From Candidatus Latescibacterota bacterium (GTDB lineage Bacteria > Latescibacterota > UBA2968 > GCA-2709665), in NCBI GenBank assembly GCA_965116875.1, contig OZ220733.1, positions 3,872,001-3,936,000 on the forward strand: a DNA stretch of 64,000 nt, read 5' to 3'. The first letter of the stretch is position 1, and the number at the start of each line of letters is the position of its first letter. Under the pieces are notes generated by a model, which worked only from the letters and a program-made list of their open reading frames with translations, ran no database searches and was not told the origin of the DNA. Shown in pieces: positions 57,629 through 64,000 of the stretch. The position numbers were made by a program, and so were the translations under genes.

Positions 57629-57788
57629 CAGCCCGTTGAAAAAGTCCATCCGGGCTACGGCCGGCCCTTGCGGTCGAAATACTGCGTTGCGCTCCCTCGC
57701 CGAATCGAAGGATGGGACTCGGTCGCGCGCCTTGTCTTCGACCACAATGGCTCGGCCTCGCCTGCAGAGCGACTTTCTCAACGGACAG
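57629..57788. mobile_element. MITE family A copy 2 (160 bp)
   Basis: Same sequence as 1915-2074 with a few SNPs; TTAA on both flanks. Confidence 0.9.
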
Positions 57789-57817
57789 TTAAGAAGCCAG
57801 AATAGATCGAGGGTACA

Positions 57818-58141
57818 ATGGTTACGGTCACCGAGGCTGCCGCGGTAAAAATCAAGGATCTGCTGGACCGCGAAGGTGTTCCCGACGCGGGTCTCCGCAT
57901 GAAGGTGGTCGGGGGCGGATGTTCCGGGCTGCAGTACCAGTTGGGTTTCGAAAATGGTCCCGGCGAAGATGACGACACAATCGAATGCAATGGCGTCAGG
58001 GTGTTCGTGGACATGAAGAGCGCACTGTATCTCGCTGGATCTGAATTGGACTTTGACGACGGGCTGATGGGCACGGGTTTCAAGGTATCGAACCCCAATG
58101 CCACGAATCAATGCGGCTGCGGGGAGTCGTTTGGTGTATGA
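57818..58141 (+). CDS. erpA: A-type Fe-S cluster carrier (IscA/ErpA/HesB)
   Basis: GGGCSGLQY, NPNA...CGCGESF. Confidence 0.92.
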   Translation: MVTVTEAAAVKIKDLLDREGVPDAGLRMKVVGGGCSGLQYQLGFENGPGEDDDTIECNGVRVFVDMKSALYLAGSELDFDDGLMGTGFKVSNPNATNQCGCGESFGV

Positions 58142-58322
58142 TGAAACGAGCCGGACCGTTCTGCTGCAGCGGCCGGTTCGTTTCCGGTTTGGGACGGGGA
58201 GGGGTCCGCGCGGGATGCCTCCCTTTTTTGTCCGGACGAACAGTTGAACCGGAGTGTTATGCTGTTTTTGTTGCACATTGCAGGCCTGCTCCTTAACGGA
58301 AGCAGGCAGCAATTGGCTCCAG

Positions 58323-58484
58323 GAAGCTGTCTTAAAATTCCCAGCGGTATTCGCGCGGCTGCAAAAGCGCCGGTCGGCGTTGGTCAAACCCACCCGTATC
58401 AACAGATACGGGCGGAACTTCCCGCCTTGACCGCCCCTTTTTCGCTCGCGCTCGGGAACTCACCGGTAATTTTAAAACAGCTTC
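58323..58484. mobile_element. MITE family B copy 3 (162 bp)
   Basis: GAAGCTGTCTTAAAATTCCC...GGTAATTTTAAAACAGCTTC; flanks CAG/CAA. Confidence 0.9.
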
Positions 58485-58592
58485 CAATGGAGAATTCCGG
58501 AGAACCGGCGTCGCATCGCCTCAAGGAGCGAAAGCGACAATTCACCGTGGAGCCAAACGTGCGTCAATCGATTGACCTGGATCTCAATCTTA

Positions 58593-58754
58593 GAGGCTGT
58601 CTTAAAATTCCCAGCGGTCTTCGCGCGGCTGCAAAAGCGGCGGTCAGCGTTGGTCAAACCCACCCGTATAGACAAATATGGGCGGATTTTCCCGCCTTGA
58701 CCGCCACTTTTTCGCTTGCGCTCGGGAACTCACCGGTAATTTTAAAACAGCCTC
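58593..58754. mobile_element. MITE family B copy 4 (162 bp)
   Basis: GAGGCTGTCTTAAAATT...AATTTTAAAACAGCCTC; perfect TTA duplication. Confidence 0.9.
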
Positions 58755-58776
58755 TTACCGAAAACGGGAGGCTTCA

Positions 58777-60576
58777 ATGGCACTGGATGCATACTCAGTC
58801 GGTCTTGCCATTGCTTGCGCGATTCTCCTCTTCGCCGTCGGGTGGTTCCTGTCCGCAAGGCTCAAAGCCCGCAGAATTCAGGAAATTGAACACCACACCG
58901 AGCGTCGGATTTCAAAAATGGTCGAGAAGGCGGGTCGGGAGCGCAGGGCCGCATTTCTTGAAGAGAAGAACAAATGGTACGACGCCAAAACGACGTTCGA
59001 GCGCGAACTGGACAGCAAGAGGCGTGACCTGGAGCGACGCGATGAGGATCTGAACGAGAAAGAAAACGGCATACTCGAGCAGTACGAAAACCTCAAACAA
59101 CGTAACAAGGACCTGAATCGCAGGGACCGCGACGTCCGGCAGCGCGCGGTACGGTTGGATCAGAATCAGCAGGAGCTCGAACGGGTGCTGGGCGAACAGC
59201 GCGCCATGCTGGAACGCATATCCGGCATGAACGTGGACCGCGCCCGGGAAATGCTTCTGGAGACCATCGAGACCGATCTCCGGCATACGGCGACCGCGAT
59301 GGGCATGGAAATCATGGATCAGGCCCGGGAGCGGTCGGAACGTGAGTCGAAGAAAATCATCGCGCAGGCAATAGAACGATGCTCCACGGATCAGACGGTG
59401 CAATCGTCCATCTCGGTCGTGGCGCTGCCCGACGACGATATCAAGGGGAGGATCGTAGGCAAGGAGGGGCGGAATATCATCTCCTTCGAGGCTGCCACCG
59501 GCGTGAAGGTCATTGTGAACGATACGCCGGAAGCCGTTGTGCTTTCCAGCTTCGACCCCGTAAAGCGGGATGTGGCGAGGCTGGCAATGGAGCAGTTGGT
59601 GAAGGAGGGACGAATCAACCCCAGCCGTGTGGAAGAGGTCGTGGCCGAATGCGAGGACCGGATCGAGACCCTGGTCGAAGAGGAGGGCCGCCGAGCGGTC
59701 AGAGAAGTCGGCATCGATAACATGCACTCGGAGCTCGTATCGATGCTGGGACGTCTGAAATATCGGACGAGTTACGGTCAGAGCGTGTTGGGGCATTCAA
59801 AGGAAGTTGCCTTTCTGGCAGGCGCGATGGCTGCGGAACTGCGGATGGATGAAATGCTGGCGCGGCGGGCCGGGCTGTTGCACGACATTGGCAAAGCGGT
59901 GGACCAGGAACAGGAAGGAACCCATACCGACATCGGCGTGGCGCTCGTTCGCAAGCACGGCGAAGGGCAGGAAGTCGGAAATGCCATACTCTACCATCAC
60001 GGAGACGCCGAAGCCAGTTCTCCCATTTCATTCCTCGTAAAAGCCGCGGACGCCATTTCCTCGTCGCGTCCGGGCGCGCGCCGCGACGACGCGGAAGGGT
60101 ATATTCGAAGGGTGCGGGATCTGGAGGATATTGCCCGTGGTTTCCAGGGCGTTCGAGACGCGTACGCGATCAACGCCGGACGGGAGATCCGGGTGATGGT
60201 GAATGCCGGCCGCGTGGACGACGAACACGCCAAGGCCCTGTCCTTCGAAATCGCACAGCGCATCCGGGAGGGGATGACCTATCCCGGTGAGATTCAGGTT
60301 ACGTTAATCCGGCAAACCGTCGCCACCCAATGGGCCGGACGTACGAATAAGAGACGCAAAGGCCGATCCAGAAACAGGAGAGGAGAGCGCCGATATGAAA
60401 AAGGTCGGTCACGAAATGACGCTGACCGAAAGAATGTATCTTCCGGCAATCACAAAGGGTCTGTCCCTGACCTTCCGTCATCTGCTCGGAAAGAAGATCA
60501 CGATGCAGTATCCGGAGGAAACCTGGACAAAGCCCAGCGGATACCGAGGGCTGCACAAGCTCACAAAGGACGATAA
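58777..60576 (+). CDS. rny: Ribonuclease Y (with long basic C-terminal extension)
   Basis: N-terminal TM and coiled coil, KH domain KGRIVGKEGRNI, HD domain RTSYGQ..H..LLHDIGKA, SSRPGAR, YPGEI. Confidence 0.93.
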   Translation: MALDAYSVGLAIACAILLFAVGWFLSARLKARRIQEIEHHTERRISKMVEKAGRERRAAFLEEKNKWYDAKTTFERELDSKRRDLERRDEDLNEKENGILEQYENLKQRNKDLNRRDRDVRQRAVRLDQNQQELERVLGEQRAMLERISGMNVDRAREMLLETIETDLRHTATAMGMEIMDQARERSERESKKIIAQAIERCSTDQTVQSSISVVALPDDDIKGRIVGKEGRNIISFEAATGVKVIVNDTPEAVVLSSFDPVKRDVARLAMEQLVKEGRINPSRVEEVVAECEDRIETLVEEEGRRAVREVGIDNMHSELVSMLGRLKYRTSYGQSVLGHSKEVAFLAGAMAAELRMDEMLARRAGLLHDIGKAVDQEQEGTHTDIGVALVRKHGEGQEVGNAILYHHGDAEASSPISFLVKAADAISSSRPGARRDDAEGYIRRVRDLEDIARGFQGVRDAYAINAGREIRVMVNAGRVDDEHAKALSFEIAQRIREGMTYPGEIQVTLIRQTVATQWAGRTNKRRKGRSRNRRGERRYEKGRSRNDADRKNVSSGNHKGSVPDLPSSARKEDHDAVSGGNLDKAQRIPRAAQAHKGR

Positions 60577-60892
60577 GGGGCGTCCGAAGTGCGTTGCATG
60601 CTACATGTGCGCCACGGCCTGTCCGGCCGAATGCATCGCCATCGAGGCCGAGGAAGCGCCCTGGGAGGATCGTGAGAAGCATCCGAAGCGGTTCGACATC
60701 GATATGCTGCGGTGCATTTTCTGCGGCATGTGCGTCGAGGCCTGCCCTGAAGACGCGATCGTCATGACCGAGCGAACAGAACTGGCGGCGGAAAGCCGCG
60801 CCGAACTGATTTACACGAAAGAGAAACTGCTGGCCGTAGAAGACCGAGTGACGCTTACGCCGCCTCGAAGGCCACTCGAAAACACCCGATGA
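60395..60892 (+). CDS. nuoI: NADH-quinone oxidoreductase subunit I
   Basis: TMQYPEE, YRGLH, CVACYMCATACP, RCIFCGMCVEACP; GAGGAG RBS. Confidence 0.92.
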   Translation: MKKVGHEMTLTERMYLPAITKGLSLTFRHLLGKKITMQYPEETWTKPSGYRGLHKLTKDDKGRPKCVACYMCATACPAECIAIEAEEAPWEDREKHPKRFDIDMLRCIFCGMCVEACPEDAIVMTERTELAAESRAELIYTKEKLLAVEDRVTLTPPRRPLENTR

Positions 60893-60914
60893 GCCGACGG
60901 GTGGTTGGGCGACC

Positions 60915-61295
60915 ATGGCCGAGATCTACAGCGAGATTGCGCTCGATCATTTCAGGAATCCGCGCAACGCGGGGACCATGCAAAGTGCGGACGGCGCCGC
61001 CACGGTTGAGAATCCGGCGTCCGGCGCGGTGGTGTCGCTTCAGATGAGAATCGTCGACGAACGGGTCGTGTGCGCGAAGTTTCAGGCCCAGGGCTGCACG
61101 GCCACCATCGCCGCCGCTTCGGCAATAACAGAAATGGTGTCGGGTCTCCCGGTTGCGGCGGCGGCGGCGGTAACGCGTGCGGACGTGGAGGCCACGCTGG
61201 GCGGCCTGCCGCCCACGAGAAAGCACGCGGTCGCACTGGCACGAGATGCGGTCAGGGCGGCAATTGCGGACTTCAGGGCGCGGGTCGGGGTCTGA
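60915..61295 (+). CDS. IscU/SufU (NifU-N)-like protein with only one of three conserved Cys
   Basis: YSE..LDHF.NPRNAG, ENPASG, GCTATIAAAS, LGGLPP.RKHA. Confidence 0.82.
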   Translation: MAEIYSEIALDHFRNPRNAGTMQSADGAATVENPASGAVVSLQMRIVDERVVCAKFQAQGCTATIAAASAITEMVSGLPVAAAAAVTRADVEATLGGLPPTRKHAVALARDAVRAAIADFRARVGV

Positions 61296-61317
61296 CGGAT
61301 TTGATTCGATTGCAATG

Positions 61318-61351
61318 AAAAGGACAGGGCGCATCCGTTCCCTGTCCTTTT
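61318..61351 (+). terminator. Intrinsic terminator-like hairpin
   Basis: AAAAGGACAGGG...CCCTGTCCTTTT. Confidence 0.7.
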
Positions 61352-61368
61352 GGGCTTGTTTGGAGTCC

Positions 61369-62619
61369 ATGGCTACGTATACGGAAGACGACCAGCGGAA
61401 GTTGACGGCGCAGATTAAGCGAAAGGCGCGCGGGATGGGCTTCAGTCCCGTGGGCGTCGCCCCCGCGGGACCGCCGGAGCACTGGGGCTTCTATCTGGAC
61501 TGGCTCGCGAAGGGGTATGCCGGCCAGATGGCATATCTTGGCCGGAATCTCGACCGGAAGTCACACCCCGGGCAGGTTCTGCCGGGCGCCAGAACCATCC
61601 TCTGCGTGGGGATGAATTACGAACAGGCGAACGGCGCGCCACCGGCCGGTGTGCGCACCACGGGCAGGATTTCCAGGTACGCCCGGGGCGACGACTACCA
61701 CGACCTGATGAACGCCCGGCTGAAGAAACTGCTGGAATGGATTCAGACCCTGAAACCCGATGTGCAGGGCAGGGTTTACGTCGACACAGGACCCGTACTC
61801 GAGCGCGATTTCGCTGCCCGCGCCGGCTTGGGATGGTTCGGAAAGCACACCAACCTCATCCATAAGCGCAAAGGTTCGTGGTTTTTTCTCGGTGAGATTC
61901 TACTGACCCTGCCTCTGGTGTACGACCGCCCTGTTGCCGATCATTGCGGAACCTGCACTCTATGCATGGACGCCTGCCCCACCGATGCGATTCCGCAGCC
62001 CTACGTACTGGATTCCAAACGGTGCATCTCGTACCTGACCATCGAGTTGAAGGGCCCCATTCCACGGCCCTTCAGGGAACAGATGGGTGACTGGATTTAT
62101 GGATGCGATATTTGCCAGGAAGTCTGTCCGTGGAACCTCAAGCAGGCCGGACCGACCGCGGAGCCGGCGCTGAAGCCCCGTGCGGGTCTCGAAGCGCCCG
62201 AACTCGCCGAATTGCTTTCCATGGACCAGAAGGCGTTCAGCAGGAGATTTCGCGGAAGCCCGATCAAACGCGCCAAACGGCGCGGATTATTGCGCAATGC
62301 CGCCGTGGCTCTGGGCAATTGCGGCACGGCCGACGATATTCCCGCATTGACGGCAGCGTTATCCGATGGGGAACCTCTCGTCCGCGGCCATGCGGCCTGG
62401 GCCCTCGGGCGCATCGGCGGGACCGATGCGCGCCGCGCGCTTACCGAGGCGGGCGGCTCCGAGCCGGACGAGGCCGTCCGCGAGGAAATCGGGATGGCAT
62501 TGGATGCAATCGACCGGGGGGCCGGGCGGGGGAACGTCCGCGACCCCAGGCGCAAAGTTACCGAAACATCGGAAGTGGACGAATATTCCGGGGTGCCGCA
62601 TGCAGATTCTCGACATTGA
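61369..62619 (+). CDS. queG: Epoxyqueuosine reductase
   Basis: ISRYARG.DYH, VDTGPVLER, CGTCTLCMDACPT, CISYLTIE, GCDICQEVCPWN, HEAT repeats. Confidence 0.95.
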   Translation: MATYTEDDQRKLTAQIKRKARGMGFSPVGVAPAGPPEHWGFYLDWLAKGYAGQMAYLGRNLDRKSHPGQVLPGARTILCVGMNYEQANGAPPAGVRTTGRISRYARGDDYHDLMNARLKKLLEWIQTLKPDVQGRVYVDTGPVLERDFAARAGLGWFGKHTNLIHKRKGSWFFLGEILLTLPLVYDRPVADHCGTCTLCMDACPTDAIPQPYVLDSKRCISYLTIELKGPIPRPFREQMGDWIYGCDICQEVCPWNLKQAGPTAEPALKPRAGLEAPELAELLSMDQKAFSRRFRGSPIKRAKRRGLLRNAAVALGNCGTADDIPALTAALSDGEPLVRGHAAWALGRIGGTDARRALTEAGGSEPDEAVREEIGMALDAIDRGAGRGNVRDPRRKVTETSEVDEYSGVPHADSRH

Positions 62620-63976
62620 ACGCCAGCCGGACGTCAACGGGGCGAATGGCTCAGGTACTCCGGCTTCCGGCGCGGGACGCCGGATCTTTATCGAGACCTA
62701 CGGCTGTCAGATGAACGTGTCCGACACGGAACTGATGATGGGCGTACTGAAGAGCGCAGGATTCCGCCCGGCATCCGGTGTCGAGGACGCGGACGTCGTT
62801 CTGTTGAATACATGCGCCATTCGAGAGCGTGCGGAAGAGCGTGTGGTGGGCCGTCTTTCGCAGCTCAGCATGCTGAAGCGGGCGCGACCGGATCTCGTAC
62901 TCGGCGTGAGCGGATGCATGGCCAAGCACCTCGCCGAGGAACTTCTGAATCAATTGCCGTACGTGGATCTCGTGGTCGGGCCGGACTCCTATCGGCGGCT
63001 TCCCGAGTTGATCGGGGAAGCTGCCGGGAATCCCGCGCTGGACGTACGGCTCGACCGGCGCGAGGACTATTTGGAACTCGATCCCGTCCGCCGGGAGGGC
63101 ACGAATGCCTGGATCACGATCATGCGGGGATGCGACAAGTTTTGCACGTTCTGTATCGTACCCTACGTGCGCGGTCGCGAGCGAAGCGTGCCCGCGGGCG
63201 ACCTGTTGCGACAGGTGCGGATGGCTGCGTCGGAGGGGTTCCGGGAAGTTACCCTGCTCGGTCAGACCGTGAATTCCTACCATGACGGCGAAACCGATTT
63301 TGCCGATCTCCTGAAGATGGTTGCCGGTGTGGAGGGTATACGCAGGATTCGCTTTACGTCGCCGCATCCGAGCGATTTTTCGGACAAGCTGATCGGCACG
63401 CTGGCGGAAGAGAACAAGATCTGCCGATTCATCCATCTGCCGGTTCAGTCCGGTTCCGACAGGGTCCTCAGGGCCATGAAGCGGACCTACACAACCGGCC
63501 GGTATCTCGACCTGGTCGACCGTCTCCGGTCAGCCCTCCCGGGGTTGTGCCTGTCCACCGATGTCATCGTCGGGTTTCCCGGCGAAGAGGATTGTGACTT
63601 CGAGTCGACCATGGCGCTGATGAGACACGTTCGGTACGACTCGGCCTTCATGTTCAAATATTCCCCCCGGAAGGGTACGGTAGCCTACAGGGAGATTCCC
63701 GATACGGTCCCGGAGGCAGAAAAAGCACGTCGGCTCCAGGCCGTAATCGCGCAGCAGACGAGAATCTCCGGCGAGATCAACCGGCGCTGTATCGGACAAT
63801 TGCAGGAGGTACTCGTCGAGGGCGACGCGCGGCGCGGCGAAGGACAGGCAGTAGGAAAATCCGATGGATTCAAAACGGTTGTGTTTCCAAAGGACGGGGT
63901 TGGGACCAACACGTTCGTGGATATCAGAATCACAGACGCGACGTCTCATACGCTGATCGGTCGGCGGGAACGTTGA
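62600..63976 (+). CDS. miaB: tRNA-2-methylthio-N6-dimethylallyladenosine synthase
   Basis: TYGCQMN..D.E, NTCAIRE, GCDKFCTFCIVP..RGRE, TRAM domain. Confidence 0.96.
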   Translation: MQILDIERQPDVNGANGSGTPASGAGRRIFIETYGCQMNVSDTELMMGVLKSAGFRPASGVEDADVVLLNTCAIRERAEERVVGRLSQLSMLKRARPDLVLGVSGCMAKHLAEELLNQLPYVDLVVGPDSYRRLPELIGEAAGNPALDVRLDRREDYLELDPVRREGTNAWITIMRGCDKFCTFCIVPYVRGRERSVPAGDLLRQVRMAASEGFREVTLLGQTVNSYHDGETDFADLLKMVAGVEGIRRIRFTSPHPSDFSDKLIGTLAEENKICRFIHLPVQSGSDRVLRAMKRTYTTGRYLDLVDRLRSALPGLCLSTDVIVGFPGEEDCDFESTMALMRHVRYDSAFMFKYSPRKGTVAYREIPDTVPEAEKARRLQAVIAQQTRISGEINRRCIGQLQEVLVEGDARRGEGQAVGKSDGFKTVVFPKDGVGTNTFVDIRITDATSHTLIGRRER

Positions 63977-64000
63977 GAAGTCGCGGTATCGCCGGCGGGC

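Noticed and set aside
22884-58754. Dispersed repeats as a possible CRISPR array
   Set aside because: The repeats are 160-162 bp, dispersed and bounded by TIRs and target duplications. There is no repeat-spacer periodicity and no cas gene.
58142-58776. 6S RNA upstream of rny
   Set aside because: The region is explained by two short hairpins and two MITEs; no long 6S-like rod with a central bubble was recognised.
58244-59053. 269-aa ORF with an internal 54-aa repeat
   Set aside because: The repeat is two MITE-B copies read in their open frame, and the ORF then runs out of frame into rny.

Overview
GC-rich bacterial chromosomal window with no phage, CRISPR, rRNA or transposase. Gene content (several PhyH dioxygenases, Gfo/Idh/MocA oxidoreductases, a heparinase-like protein, a DUF6785-type membrane protein, a short SigA-type sigma factor, BMC shell genes) suggests a Latescibacterota/Poribacteria/Gemmatimonadota-like organism; this is inference only. 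The left ~31 kb is accessory/catabolic. It includes a ~16-kb co-directional minus-strand run: DUF6785-like membrane protein, a 1511-aa M28-like/FtsX fusion, an OPT-like membrane protein, a 2-domain BMC protein, a 4-domain BMC protein, a class I aldolase with an extra N-terminal domain, a PHP hydrolase, PhyH, an MDR dehydrogenase and a DapF homologue. tRNA-Phe, tRNA-Val and an orphan DNA methyltransferase are also here. The right half is mostly housekeeping (larC, rlmN, murA, cca, cysC, murD, sigma70, ygfZ, folB-folK-dNK-panB-panC, sodA, peroxiredoxin, erpA, rny, nuoI, queG, miaB), plus a BpsA-like/DUF2156 gene pair. Two MITE families (160 bp with 4-bp TTAR duplications; 162 bp with 3-bp TWA-like duplications) give 8 copies in total. 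Best candidate for an undescribed system: adjacent 4-domain and 2-domain BMC shell proteins that sum to six distinct domains, possibly an asymmetric hetero-pseudohexamer, next to a likely cargo aldolase. Second candidate: the type VII ABC / pseudo-peptidase / OPT-like membrane machine upstream of them.
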